Positions 1-19,324 of a stretch of DNA of 64,000 bases are shown piece after piece. Origin of the DNA: the human T2T-CHM13v2.0 reference genome, Homo sapiens; NCBI RefSeq assembly GCF_009914755.1, contig NC_060928.1; one strand, given 5' to 3'. The notes beneath the pieces were generated by a model. The model ran no database searches. It was not told the origin of the DNA and saw nothing but the letters and a program-made list of their open reading frames with translations. The translations under genes were made by a program, and so were the position numbers. How positions within the stretch are numbered: position 1 is the first letter of the stretch; every line of letters begins with the position of its first letter.

Positions 1-1139
1 CATGTGAGGGTGACTGGTTAATTTATTCTCATGAAAATTAGATTTCTCTGCACAGTAGTATGTACGGACATAACCTTTCCTTTCTAAGTTATTTCACTTA
101 CTGCACTATTTTCCTTTATTTTACATGACCCTTTACCTTGCCTCTTCAATTGTCCACTTGTTTTAACCTTCCATTTTTTTCTTCTCTTGCTTTTGCTTTT
201 AGTTCAACTTATACACACTTTACTCATAGTCTGGTGTACTCCTGGTAGCTCATCTTCTCAGTTTATCACCCCACCCTCACAAGTACTGCTAGCTAATAGC
301 CTATGAGAAGTATTGTAAAATATAATGTCTCTGACATAATTCTATCTGCCTCCCAAGACTTAAAAAATTATCTTTCAAAGCAGACACCAAAAGATGACCT
401 TTCTGTTGTTACCTACATTAGAGATATAAAATAAAACATAAGTCCATGTATGTAATTCAGATATACATAAAATCACATATAACTGCCCATATAGAATTAA
501 GAAAATACAATATTTGTATATGTGTCAAACTTTCACATTTCTATAATTTCTGTATTGAGAAATTATCAACAACTACAGGAATAGACCAAGAAAAGGAATT
601 CAGATAGACTCAGTTGTCCTGCATTCTCCAAAAGTTTTTCTCAGTCTGGCAATGACAAAGGCAAAATATAATGGCTCCAAAGTACTCATTAGTGCTTGTA
701 TTGGCAATGTACTACTAAGCATAGCAGTCAGAGTTCATCAATGGCTCATTATTATGCCTATCCACATAGACCAATTGCAATCAGTATTGCTCTGTGCATT
801 GCCATTGTAAAAGTGCTGTTATTTCGTATCCTGCCAAAATGAAGAAATTAATGAAGAGGGGCATTAACAGGCCAGATTAAAACTTTTAAATAAATAAATA
901 ATACTTTATCAATAGGGCAAGAGCTACAAATATGACTTCCAGAGGAAGAGGAGAGAAAACATATCACTATGCCACTTTTTAAATTTTTCCTTCAATCAGT
1001 CTGTTCTTTCACAAGGTAAAAAATAAATAAATGGCAGCCAATAGTATACAGAGGGCTCAAGTAAGATTGTCTTTAAACCCACTGCTAATTACAAAGGAAT
1101 TGATTATTCAGGATTTTTCATCTCTCTATTCCCTATAGT

Positions 1140-2910
1140 GTCTGTAATATTTTATATATCATATTTTCCATTATGGGGCACATAACTGTCCATGATAGTT
1201 TTTGGGTCATGTCTGCAAGTTGTGCAAATTACTTCTGCTTGCATTCTATTGGATATCATTCAGTCCCACAGGTATCCCTAACTGCAAGGGAGCCCGAGAA
1301 ATGTAGTCTCGCTCTAAGCCCAAGAAAAGCAAGAAACAGATTTGGCAAATAGCTAGCTACTGGTTTTTGCTACAATCTCTCTTCTTGACACCAATTATCT
1401 GTTTGTATTTTTTTTTTTTAATTCTCAAGGCAAATTCATTCCCCTTTTAAAGAAAGAATACCCAAAGCTCCACTTGGCTACTTAACCCAGCTTGCATTGC
1501 ACGATCTTCAGGTAATGTGCTATCTTCTTCCTTAAGTCCTAAGGTATTCCTTTTGGTGTAGCAACATATAAACCAAAGTGACAAACTTGTTGCATCGCCA
1601 GCTAATACAAACAACCCAGTATGCAATGATGAAGCATGGAAAAGATATACCTAATGAATCCTACTCTAAAAAGGGAAAACAGGAAACACACAGCAGTCAC
1701 GGATCCACAGCAACGAGGAAATCCTACTGTGCAGTGATTGTGAAGATCCCTTCCAGGCTCTTTGCTCAGACCTGGACTTGGTTACCTGGAAGCAACCACA
1801 TTATCCATTGGACTAGGTGGTACTTGGCTGCACCCACTGGGAGGGTGTAGGGCATTTTGTCCTCCTTAGGAGTCAGCAGTCTGCCTTACCTTATCAGGCT
1901 GTTTCTTATTATGGCAAGTTGGAAGTATGGGTTAAAGACTGGTTACAGACAAGTTATTTTTGGCGAGGCTCATGGTTTCCTTACCAATACAGTTCCATAA
2001 GAGAATACAGAAAAAAAAACTTCTCTCAGAAACTATATCTATTGTCATTCAGTCAGTTTAGTGCTCTGAAACACCCAAAAGTCTTTTCTAAATATAGTTC
2101 TCAAGTCTTCCTTGCTACCATATCTTTTTCTTTCATCCCTGCCCTTCCTTCCACAAAAGAAAGCTCTATTACTACTACTTTGAAATTTAAATTTCTGCTA
2201 CTTTGAGGCCAGTTGAAATAATGTGCTTCAATTGAAGGGCAACTCCCTTAATCTTATATGGCTCCACAACCTAGCCACATTTGTTACCTGAGAAGTCTAG
2301 ATGGTCCTTATGCCCTCAGTGTCTTTTCTGTCTTATTTACTATTATTTGAACTCCAGAAGCTATTGATCAGCTTTTGCAATCATGGAAAATCTTCATCAT
2401 GTTTGCCTGAAAATTGCCTTTTTTTGTGATATGTTGGTAATACCAGTGAAAGGCAAACAATGTATCCTTATATTCCGGCTCTTTTCAAAACCTTCTTAAG
2501 AGTTACAGTCTTAGTAGGCACTTGATCTACTTTCCAAGTTATCACAAGTGGCAGTTTTATCAAATGTTTTTGTCATGACAAATAAGGATCTCCAGCTTTA
2601 TGGCCTTCTATATTTACTATCTACAACCAGCCTGCTGAGCCAATGGCACAAATTTAAGTGCCTTCTTAAAGCAGCACACCACTTCTGATATAAATTTTTA
2701 TGTTAGTTAGGTTAACCTAGCTACTGTAATAAACAACCACCGAATGAGTGTCTGACCAGACTGCAAAAGCATTTCTCAATCATATAGCAGTTCAATGCAT
2801 ACGTTCCTGTTATTTTCCTCCACATGATGATTCTGGGATTCTGGTTATTTCCATATTATGGCCCTGCCATCTCCTAGACAGTTCTCAGCATCAAGCTGGT
2901 AGATAGGGAA
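1140..2910 (-). mobile_element. Ancient MaLR (MLT1-type) element: partial LTR, internal region, partial LTR
   Basis: 1200-1375 resembles an MLT1 LTR (ctgcaaggg..gaaatgtagtct). At ~2670-2700 'gcagcacaccacttctgatataaattt' resembles the MaLR internal start in reverse, followed by an LTR-like start 'tgttagttagg..ctactgtaataaacaacc'. Boundaries approximate. Confidence 0.5.
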
Positions 2911-4004
2911 GGAGTTAAGAACTGTTTATGGGAAAACCAACAGATTAGCTTTATAACTTCTTATACTTTTTGATAAATCATGATTTATAGTGTTACAGTA
3001 GTTCCTCTTTTCATTAATTTTTGGAATTGTTTTTCATCCTATTTGTTATTGTTATTATTTGTTTTCTTTTTGAGAAATAAGAAAAGTCCAGGCTCCAAGT
3101 TTTCCCTTCTAAAGACTTAAAATAGTAAACCAAAAACCCACAGTTCTTATAGGCCACTAAAAAAAGATCTGCCCAAATCTGGGCTTTCAAATGTGCTTCT
3201 CATTTCCTTCTACCTTACTTCATCATCATCTCCTACTGGTCCTAATTTCAAGAATTTTTAAAACAATATTTACTTGTACTAAAGCTTGACAGTTCACCCA
3301 TGTACTTAGTGACCAGCTTTTCTTAACCGAGACACTTCTTTCTTCTTGCACTACATAAAATTTTGTGACTCACCTCTACTTTCCCTGGCTTGCCCTTCTT
3401 TTTTTTTTTTTTTTAAACTTTTTTCACTTTGCTATTGCTATGTCAGGAATATCTGCTGAAATTGAGTCCCTCTCATTTTGAAACACAGGAGATGAGAGCC
3501 CTTCTTCAAGCCACTCACTTCTGATCAATAGCCTTTTTATAATCATCCCAGTCTTCTTCCATTTGGAAACTTACTTCCCAGTCTGTCTTTTTTAGCAAGG
3601 AAGCATCAGTTTGCATCATCCCATCTATACTAGAATATAAGCTTTCATAGTACACATAAATGGAATTTAAAGGTACTCTAATGGTGGTGTAAATGTTGTG
3701 AAAACTAATGTCTTAGTGAGGTATTACATACTCATAAGAAAATATCTGCTCCTTCCAGTGATCTGGATCTGCATTCCCAGTGTCCTTCAGTGCCTATCAT
3801 CTTCCCTGAGGTGTGTTTCAGAACAACACATCTTTCCAGAAACACAAGCTAAGTCTGATCCAGTACCAAAAGTGTCAGCTTTAAAAGAATGCAGAATGTA
3901 AGCACACTTAGAGATTTCAGAGGCTTGGTAGCCCACATCCTTCATTTTACAGACATGACCTAGAGACTTGCTATTCAACGTGTGGCCCACAGACAAGGAG
4001 AAAA

Positions 4005-4113
4005 ATTAAAAGTGCAGAATCACAGACCCCACCCCATACCTAACTGAACAGGAATCTGCACTTTTCACAAGACAGTGAATGATTCAGATGCATCATAAAG
4101 TTTAAGAAGCACT
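4005..4113. mobile_element. MER5-like hAT-Charlie fragment
   Basis: 'gcagaatc..ccccacccc..gaatctgcacttt..aagtttaagaagcact' resembles the MER5A end. Confidence 0.5.
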
Positions 4114-4265
4114 ATCCAGGTTTCAGTAAAGTTCTAAGGAAAAGGATATGGTTTAAACCCTCTCTTAAGTGCTAGTATCTTCCTAGCTACGATTCACTGT
4201 ATACAGCTGTAAAAGAAGTTATGTAAAAAATTGTCTTGCCTTTCTTAGAATAACATATTCTACAC

Positions 4266-4525
<260 letters not shown>

Positions 4526-5343
4526 GGATTATAGAATTAAAACTTTTTAAGCATCAAAACATGTAGTCAACTGCTGACATCACATTTTTCACATGAATTT
4601 AATCTCCTCTTGTTTTTAAATAGCTCATTGTCCATTCATCTGAGTAAGTATTAGACCATCTTTCTTTTTTTTTTTATTATAGTTTAAGTTTTAGGGTACA
4701 TGTGCACAATGTGCAGGTTTGTTACATGTGTATACATGTGCCATGTTGGTGTACTGCACCTATTAACTCATCATTTAACATTAGGTATATCTCCTAATGC
4801 TATCCCTTCCCCATCCCCCCGACCCCACAACAGGCCCCAGTGTGTGATGTTCCCCTTCCTGTGTCCATGTGTTCTCATTGTTCAATTCCCACCTATGAGT
4901 GAGAACATGCGGTGTTTGCTTTTTTGTCCTTGTGATACTTTGCTGAGAATGATGGTTTCCAGCTTCATCCATGTCCCTACAAAAGACATGAACGCATTAT
5001 TTTTTATGACTACATAGTATTCCATGGTGTATATGTGCCACATTTTCTTAATCCAGTCTATCATTGTTGGACATTTGGGTTGGTTCCAAGTCTTTGCTAT
5101 TGTGAATAGTGCCGCAATAAACATACGTGTGCATGTGTCTTTATAGCAGCATGATTTATAATCCTTTGGGTATATACCCAGTAATGGGATGGCTGGGTCA
5201 AATGGTATTTCTAGTTCTAGATCCCTGAGGAATCGCCACAGTGACTTCCACAATGGTTGAACTAGTTTACAGTCCCACCAACAGTGTAAAAGTGTTCCTA
5301 TTTCTCCACATCCTCTCCAGTACCTGTTGTTTCCTGACTTTTT

Positions 5344-6301
<958 letters not shown>

Positions 6302-6766
6302 TTACCTGTTCACTCTGATGGTAGTTTCTTTTGCTTTGCAGAAGCTCTTTAGTTTAATTAGATCCCATTTGTCAATTTTGGCTTTTGTTGCCCTTGCTTT
6401 TGGTGTTTTAGACATGAAGTCCTTGCCCATGCCTATGTCCTGAATTGTATTGCCTAGGTTTTCTTCTAGGACTTTTATGGTTTTAGGTCTAATATGTAAG
6501 TCTTTAATCCATCTTGAATTAATTTTTGTATAAGGTGTAAGGAAGGGATCCAGTTTCAGCTTTCTACATATGGTTAGCCAGTTTTCCCAGCACCATTTAT
6601 TACATAGGGAATCCTTTCCCCATTGCTTGTTTTTGTCAGGTTTGTCAAAGATCAGACAGTTGTAGATAGGTGGCATTATTTCTGAGAACTCTGTTCTGTT
6701 CCATTAGTCTATATCTCTGTTTTAGTACCAGTACCATGCTGTTTTGGTTACTGTAGCTTTGTATTA

Positions 6767-7711
<945 letters not shown>

Positions 7712-7749
7712 TCATGGTGGATAAGCTTTTTGATGTGCTGCTGTACTCA

Positions 7750-8508
<759 letters not shown>

Positions 8509-9536
8509 TCACACACTGCTTTGAAGGTGTCCCGGAGATTCTGGTATGTTGTGTCTTTGTTCTCGTTGGTTTCAAAGAACATCTCAATTTCTGCCTTCAT
8601 TTCATTATGTACCCAGTAGAATTCAGGAGCAGGTTGCTCAGTTTCCATGTATTTGAGCAGTTTTGAGTGAGTTTCTTAATCCTGAGTTCTAGTTTGATTG
8701 CACTGTGGTCTGAGAGACAGTTTGTTATAATTTCTGTTCTTTTACATTTGCTGAGGAGTGCTTTACTTCCAACTATGTGGTCAATTTTGGAATAGGTGTT
8801 GTGTGGTGCTGAAAAGAATGTATATTCTGTTGATTTGGGGTGGAGAGTTCTGTAGATGTCTATTAGGTCTTCTTGGTGCAGAGCTGAGTTCAATTCCTGG
8901 ATATCCTTGTTAACTTTCTGTCTCATTGGTCTGTCTAATGTTGACAGTGGGGTGTTAAAGTCTCCCATTATTATTGTGTGGGAGTCTAAGTCTCTTTGTA
9001 GGTCTCTAAGGACTTGCTTTATGAATCTGGGTGCTCCTGTATTGGGTGGATATATTTTTAGGATAATTAGCTCTTCTTGTTGAATTGATCCCTTTACCAT
9101 TATGTAATGGCCTTCTTTGTCTCTTTTGATCTTTGTTGATTTAAAGTCTGTTTTATCAGAAACTAGGATTGCGACCCTTGCCTTTTTTTGTTTTCCATTT
9201 GCTTGGTAGATAGATCTTCCTCCATCCCTTTATTTTGAGCTTATGTGTGTCTCTGTACGTGAGATGGGTTTCCTGAATACAGCACACTGATAGGTCTTGA
9301 CTCTTTATCCGATTTGCCAGTCTGTGTCTTTTAATTGGAGCATTTAGCCCATTTACATTTAACGTTAATATTGTTATGTGTGAATTTGATCCTGTCATTA
9401 TGATGTTAGCTGGTTATTTTGCTCGTTAGTTGATGCAGTTTCTTCCTAACCTTGATGTTCTTTACAATTTGGCATGTTTTTGCAGTGGCTGGTACCGGTT
9501 GTTCCTTTCCATGTTTAGTGCTTCCTTCAGGAGCTC

Positions 9537-9745
9537 CCCATCAGACTGACAGCTGATCTCTTGGCAGAAACTCTACAAGCCAGAAGAGAGTGGGGGCCAA
9601 TATTCAACTTTCTTAAAGTAAAGAATTTTCAACCCAGAATTTCATATCCAGCCAAACTAAGCTTCATAAGTGAAGGAGAAATAAAATACTTTACAGACAA
9701 GCAAATGCTGAGAGATTTTGTCGCCACCAGGCCTGCCCTAAAAAA
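9537..9745 (+). mobile_element. Inverted 5' segment (ORF1 3' part) of the L1, twin-priming type
   Basis: Sense ORF1 peptide AETLQARREWGPIFN..FQPRISYPAKLSF; ends gcctgccctaaaa, which precedes gagctcctgaagg (the end of the minus segment) in L1. Confidence 0.93.
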
Positions 9746-12529
9746 TAGACCATCTTTCTTATCTCAATCATGCATGTACTGTTGTATAGTTCCAACAGAG
9801 CAGTGTTAAATACAGTAGAGAAAAAAAGTATACATTCTTAGCATAGAGAATGTTCATTGTAACCACATGTCTTGTAGCCAAGCATTAGATTGAAATTATT
9901 TTCAAAGTTGCCTTTAAAGAAGCATCCCAGTTTCTAGTATTTTAAAAATTAAAAATAGAATCTCTCATCTTTCTCTTTTTAATAGTTCTTAAACAATAAC
10001 TGATGAACTTTCTTTTTACTCAATTATACCAGGATCTTAACAATATGTTTAACATTCCTCATAGAACCCTTGTCTCTCATGTATGTTTTAAACAATATGA
10101 AATTCACAAGCTTTATAATCTAACCTAACTTTTGTGCTCAATTGTTTATCTCAAATGTAGCTTTTCTAATTGCTAAACACTTGAAAATTGTTCACAATTA
10201 CCTCCTTTATAATTTCAAACTCCAAAGAATTGCTTTTTATCTCCCAAATGTATTTTAAAATTGACTATGTATTATTGTCTTGAGTGAATTAGAGTGACTA
10301 GACTTGTATATAAAACATAATTTTTGTAATTATAAATTTAATTCCACTTTCCTGCTGTCGTTATCCAATTGCAACACATTTATATGACTTCATAACCTTT
10401 GTCCCAGAGGATGTAGTCACTGCCTCAAATTCTGTCCCATTATTTTAACTGCTAAAATGACTTTGTTTTTCTTTTGCCTTTCTTTCATGTTAAGTTATAA
10501 TTATTGCTATTTTTTTCTCTTTATATGTAACCCAAGAACCCTTGTCCTAAGCCTGGCAATTCTGTGTTCCAGTGGCATAATTTAGTCTTCTGGAAATCTA
10601 GTAGTGATCGACCTGGCACTCTTCTTTTCATGTGCTCTAGCTCTCCTTTGATCATGCCCTTTGAGAAGCTTAGCCACTCCAATTATGCCTCTATCTTTGT
10701 GGTATAAAGTTATATTGCACATCTCAGACTGTCTGTGGCCTTTTGATCAAAGTGTAGAGTACCTGACTTATGTCTTTTTCCATCCTTATTGATTAGTTTT
10801 TTTTCAAATAACAAAAGAGGTAACATCTTTTCATGTATCTGGTTTCAATAAAATTCTATCAGGAAAAGAGTATGGTTTAAACCTTCTCTTAAATTTTAGT
10901 TCCGTGATCTGAGTAGTATGTGTCCTTAGGAGCACTACTCAGGGGTCTGCCTAACTCCCAAAACATCTTCCTGGGCAACTTAAAGCAATGTTAATTTGAG
11001 CCTCAAAATACCATACTTTGGTAGTATGTTATTATGTCAACTAGTTTCCCCTTCGAAGAGAAAGCATTGCATGATACACAGCAGTATTGGCTTTGAGTAA
11101 CTCTCAACCACACGTATTAGATAAATTGAAAAAGTACCTTTGCTTTTCCTTCTCCCTTCCAATCTTAATTGTTTGCACCAGTTAGGATTGGAAGTTCCCT
11201 AATCATCATGTGTATCTAGGTAAAAGTGAAGAAACTGCCCATAGCCAATGGACAGATAGAATTTTCCAGCACTAGTTTGAGAAATTTGAAGAGTCAGAGC
11301 AGCTATGTCTTATTAACTTCTATATTAGTTCGTAGCAGAGTGCCCAGCACACACACAAAAAAACAAATATTTGTGCATTCAGGTCAACCCTTCTTATGTC
11401 TTTAAATTAAATGATTTCATAATTCACATGATATAAATTTTTTTGCAGATAACATCTTTAGAATTTTGTGCTACAGTTACTGCACATAATTTCCAGTTGC
11501 CTTTTAACATTATAAATCCATTGTACAAATAAGATAGGAACGGAAAGAGAGAAATACGTAGTAGATGTTTTGCTACATAGTTCCTAACTTGGCAAATAAA
11601 GAAGTGTGCCACAAGTGAGATCTTAAAATAATGAAATTACTAGTAAATGACTTAAAAAAATACATTCAACTGAGAGCTTAGTATTCAGCCAAAATTTTAA
11701 AGTGCTTTTTGCAAACTAAAACATAATTATTTCACATTACTCCTATTTAAGAAGTTGTTACAATCATGTTATCTTCCTTTTTAGCCTCTTGTCCATATTT
11801 TTCCTTCAATATATTGTATGTTTCATACAAGAAACCTGCCTTGGTATTTGAGCATGCTTGAAAAGTTTTAAGCCTCAATGAATTTTCTCAGTGACTTTTA
11901 AAACACTCCAGGAAAACAGAAATCTTTCATTTCAGCCCTTTGAATGATGCAATAACGGTCTCCATGGGAGAGTTAAAGAAGAAATGAACTGCAAAGCATG
12001 AACTTAGATGGTTGGATTTAGAAATCAGAAGGGCTCAGATTTGAAGTGATGTATAATACCTTACTCATATTCCAGTTCAAACAGAAATCTGGAAAGTCTG
12101 AAAGTACTTAATGTTTAATAATTAAAAGATATATATAATTGTAGACCAGATTCCAAAATGAAGCTCTTGCTCCTGTGTCATGCTTTCTCTCAATTAGAAC
12201 ATAAGCAATTGTCATACATTTTGCCTTTTCAGTTCTAAATAAAGAGCTCTGGACTGAACTCAGGAACCGTGAATGCAGTGACAGCTTTGCCAGAAATTGT
12301 TTGACATTGAACAAGTTATTTTACATCTTACAGTTTCCTCATATAAAAAGTGAAGGCCTGAACTAGGAACTCTGAAGATCTTTCCACCTCCAAAAGTATA
12401 CATTTTGATATTTGGAAGGTAAGAGAACAATAAATAATGATTTTTAAAAGATACTTTGTAATATAATTAAAAATAAACTCTTTTCAGGTAAAATCATGAA
12501 TGTTTAATCCTGTTTACTAATACTTATTC

Positions 12530-12875
12530 ATCTTAGTCCATTTGGGCTACTAAAACATATACCACAAACTGGGCAGCTTATAAACAACAGAAATTTACCA
12601 TAGTTCCCAACATCAAGGTGCTGGCAGATTTAGTGTCTGCTGAGGGCACACTTTCTGGGTCATGGAAGGTGCCTTCCAGCTTTGTCCTCACATGGTAAAA
12701 GGGAACAATGAGCTTCCTTGGGTCTCTTCTATAAGGGTACTAATTCCATTCATGAGGGCTCCATCTTTATAATTTAATGATGTATCAAGAGTTCCACCTC
12801 CTAATATTATCATCTTGGAGATTAAGACTTCAACATATGAATTTTATGGAGACACAAACATTCAAACAATATCAA
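12530..12875 (-). mobile_element. MaLR solo LTR (MLT1A/MST-type)
   Basis: cttagtccatttgggct..aaacaacagaaattta..caaggtgctggcagattt..ttcaacatatgaattt..acacaaacattca. Confidence 0.8.
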
Positions 12876-12949
12876 ACTTTAAAAAATTACCTTTTAAGTA
12901 TTTTAATAATTGTATTTAATTGTATGTTTTTAAGTCAAGAAATCCAGAC

Positions 12950-12996
<47 letters not shown>

Positions 12997-13283
12997 TTTT
13001 TGAGATGGAGTGTCGCTCTGTCACCCAGGCTGGAGGGCAGTGGTGCGATCTGGGCTCACTGCAAGCTCCGCCTCCCAGGTTCACGCCATTCTCCTGCCTC
13101 AGCCTCCTGAGTAGCTGGGACTACAGTTGCCCGCCACCATGCCCTGCTAATTTTTTTGTATTTTTAGTAGAGACGAGGTTTCCCCGTGTTAGCCAGGAAG
13201 GTCTGGATCTCCTGACCTCGTGATCCGCCCGCCTCAGCCCCCCAAAGTGCTGGGATTACAGGCGTGAGCCACCGCGCCTGGCC
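12950..13283 (-). mobile_element. AluY with (TTTA)n tail
   Basis: Diagnostics gcaagctccgcc, cacgccattc, gtgttagccagga; near-TSD ccagacttattt / ccagaattattt. Confidence 0.95.
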
Positions 13284-13724
13284 CCAGAATTATTTTTGAT
13301 TCTATTATTTATGATTCTAGCTTAAATTGCTGTTTCAATTGATGGACTCTCTCTGATCCTGTCATGTCAAAGAAGAAATGTTCTGCTCCACAGAAATTCA
13401 GCCCTTTCCCCAAAATAAAGAAAAATGCACTATAATTTCAATACCTAGGGAAAAATACTGTTAACACTTGGATAAGGGAGTGAGAGAGATGAAGCGAAAG
13501 AGAAAGAGAGAGACAGAGAGACTTGAATATTCAGAGTATAGAATATAATCTAGTACTTTCATGAAAATACAAACTTTACAATAATACATAAATTACCTCA
13601 TGCTTTGAGTGCTCTGTGAAAGGCAATTCGTTGGGCATCTGAGGGTTTTGAAGATGTGTAAGATGCAATACCTTACTCTGAAAAGCAAATCAAACCTAAT
13701 ATCAAATATATTTTCTTCAAAGAA

Positions 13725-16020
<2,296 letters not shown>

Positions 16021-16029
16021 AATGTATAT

Positions 16030-16369
16030 CAGCAGTTCCCAACCTTTTTGGCACCAGGGACTGGTTTCATGGAAGACAATTTTTCCACAGGAAACAGTGG
16101 TGGGCATGGCTTCAGGAAGAAACTCTTCCACCTCCAATCATCAGGCATTAGATTCTTATAAGGAGCATGCAACCTAGAGCCCTTGTATGCACAGTTCACA
16201 ATAGGGTTTGGCTTTTCTGAGAATCTAATGCCGCTGGTGATCTGACAGGTAGTGGAGCTCAGGCAGTAATACTTGCTTGCCCGCCACTCACTTCCTGCTG
16301 TGCCGCCCAGTTCCTAACAGGCCTCGGACCAGTACTGGTCCTAACCTGCCCGAAGGTTGGGGACCCCTG
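16030..16369. mobile_element. MER1B (hAT-Charlie) DNA transposon
   Basis: Termini cagcagttcccaacc / ggttggggacccctg; ~340 bp; tttttggcaccagggactggtttc. Confidence 0.88.
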
Positions 16370-17099
16370 GTCTACATAATACTTAATTTTCTGTATTCCT
16401 AGGGCTTCAACTTTGATCATTATGCTAACATTTACCAATTCTATCTCTTCCAGCTACTAAATATCACTGCATGTGTGTCCCTGAGAAACCTGAAACTCAA
16501 GGTATCCAAAATTAAATTGTCCTTCACGTGCTGCTTCTCCTCCTGCTTGCCATTTTCATCTAATGCCCCCGTTATCTATCAAGGCACCAAAGAATCCAAA
16601 ACTGAATTAGTTCATTTAAACTTCTAAATAGCTTTAGAAACCCTCACTTCTTCTCCGTCTCATCTGCTTATTCTTCATTAGCTATCTTTATTTAAGAAAA
16701 TGTGCTGACTGCCTGCTATATCCCAAGCAGTTTTAGTACTGGGAAGTACTGCAGTCAGTAAAAAGGAACAAATCTCATCTCTACAGAGCATATATTTGAA
16801 TATTCACCCTGAGGAAGAAGGAATTATATAGAAGACATTGAGCAGCATAAAAACCATTTTATTGCTCTAGTTTTCATGATTATCTTTAGAACAATATTTC
16901 TTCAATTAATTACACTTGGAATTAGTATGTCTGTTACTTGCTGCACATTAACAAGTGCCAATTACATCTTTCTTCCTAAAATTCACTGTCCAAACTTTTT
17001 TGTGACATTGAATCCAGTCCCCTTGCTTAACTTTTATTCTAAGCATCATGTCATTTTATTTTATATTAATTTATTCTTTCTCTGTTGCTCTTTCTTTAT

Positions 17100-18830
17100 G
17101 TAGACCCATGTTCTAACCTATATCATTTAATTCTTATTCTAGTTCCTTTATAAGTAAGATCCCTGCCTACCTCGTTTTCTTCAGCTTCTTTCAAAATTTT
17201 TCTCTTTGCTTTTCCTTTTATTCAATTTGAATACGATAGGCCTAGGTATAGATATTTTGGAATTAATTCTGTTTGGTGTTCTTTGCACTTCTTGGATCTC
17301 TGGTTTCGTGTCAGACATTAATTTGGGGGAAGTTTTTCACCATTATACTTTAAATATTTTGTCTTCTCTGTGTTGTTTTTCTTCTACTTTTGGAATTCCA
17401 ATTACACATATATTTTACCTTTTGGAACTGCCCCACAGTTCTTGGGTGCTCTCTCCTAGTGTGTGTGTATGTGTGTGTGTGTGTGTGGTGTCATGTATGA
17501 GTGTGTGTTTCATCCTTTTGTTTTTGAATTTCAGTTTGGGAAGTTTCTTATGACCTTTCAAGCTCACTAAATCTTTCCTGAACTATGTTCATTCTACTGA
17601 TGATTCCAGCAGAAGGCATAATTCATTTCTTTTATTGTGGTTTTCATGTATAACATTTCCTTTTTATTCTTAGAGTTTCCATCTTTCTGATTATAATATC
17701 CATCTGTTCTTGCCTGCTGTCTACTTTTTCCATGGGAACCCTTAACACATTAACCATAGATATTTTAAATGTGCAGTCTGATAATTCAAACATCTGTGCC
17801 ATATCTGAGTCTGGTTCTGATTACTGCTTTGTCTTGTCATACTGTGTATTTTTTTTTCTTGCCTTTCTCAGGCCTTGTGGCTTTTTTGTTGAAAGCCAGA
17901 CATGTATGATCAGATAATAGGATCTGAAATAAATAGACATTTATCTGAATACGGCTAAGAGTTTGGTTATGCTTAATGTTTGCAGTAGTTGTAGGTGCCA
18001 GAGACTTCAAATTCTTACAGTATCCTTGTTTTTACCTCTCCTGTTGTCTTTCAGGTTTCCTACCTACTCCTTCTCAAAGGGAGCCTATAATTTGGAGCTT
18101 TTTAGCTATATTGCACTGTTATTATAGGGAAGCTGTGTTTCTCTAGGGGTAATACTTGGGGAAGAGGAAATATTCCATAACCTTATGATTAAATATCAGG
18201 CTTTTAGAAGGCCTGTATACTGGACTGTGACCTTCACAAGTGTTTCTTACCTTTTTTTCTCCTCAGTTGATGCAGGAAGTCTAGAGGGGGCTAGAGTATG
18301 AAGAATGCCCCCTCTCCAGGGAGATAATTCTCTGATAAGGCCCTTTCTACTGAAGAGTAGGTCTTTATTATGAAGAATGATCTGGGTATATTTCATAGTG
18401 ATTAGTCTTCTCTTACCCTTACCATAGCCAGCAGGGAATCTTTCTTAGTTCTTCAACCTAAGAGGTGAATGGGGTTCCTAGAGGTAAAACCCAAGAGAGT
18501 GTGGGGACCTCATCAGACTGTAGTTCCTATGAGTTTCTCACATTCATGCTAGTCTACACTCAGCCTCCAGCAACTCATCAAAATTATCATTTCGTGTTTC
18601 TGTCAATTTATGGCCCCAGAGTCTTCTGTTCCATGTAAGCAGGATTTTGACTGTGATTCTCTCGATTCACATGTTCCCCCAGATTTGGAGGTGATGATTT
18701 GCCCTGCAATTTCAGTTCTCTGATGGGGTCAAGAAAAGTCATTGGTTTTCCATTTCTTCAGCTCTTTTTCTTATTGTAAGGGCAACAGAGATGACTTCCA
18801 AACTATTTACACTTTAAAATTAGAAGTCAA
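17100..18830 (-). mobile_element. Old L1M (L1MC/MD-type) ORF1/5' region
   Basis: T-rich antisense L1M signature (ctgtttggtgttct..tcttggatct..taatttggggaagtttt); similar to 41100-41800 and 43450-44000. Confidence 0.65.
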
Positions 18831-19324
18831 GAAGATTCATAACAGAGACTTACTGAATCCTATTAAAGATTACATTGACAACAAAAGATTCAGTGTAATT
18901 AAAAATGAGAAACAGGGCAGACTCCAGAGAAAGTGAACCTTTTGGCGCTGCCTCTCACATTTCAAAAATCCTAGCTAAACCAGAATCATTTTTTTTAAGC
19001 AGAGAAATTGAGATGCAGGAGAAGATTGCTTCAAGATCCAAATGCCAAAATTCACACTGTCAACATTTATTGCTTTACTTTAACTTTCTGCTCACCTTCC
19101 TTCCCTTGTTCCTCTTGCTTCTTTCTTATGGCCAGAATGGACTGGCATTTCTAGATGTGACTTGATTGTATTATGTTTCCTATCTTAGTTGAACAGCATC
19201 AATATCTTCAATTCTTAGGCTTCAAATTAGAGAACCATCTTCATCTCTTGTTTATAACCTCACTCAAAATTTTCCGCCAAGTTCCTTTGTTATAATTTGA
19301 CTCCATTTTTGATGTTTGACCACT

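Noticed and set aside
12777-13223. 148-aa ORF with hydrophobic YLFI repeats (similar ones at 46472 and 46965)
   Set aside because: Translation of the (TTTA)n tail and antisense Alu.
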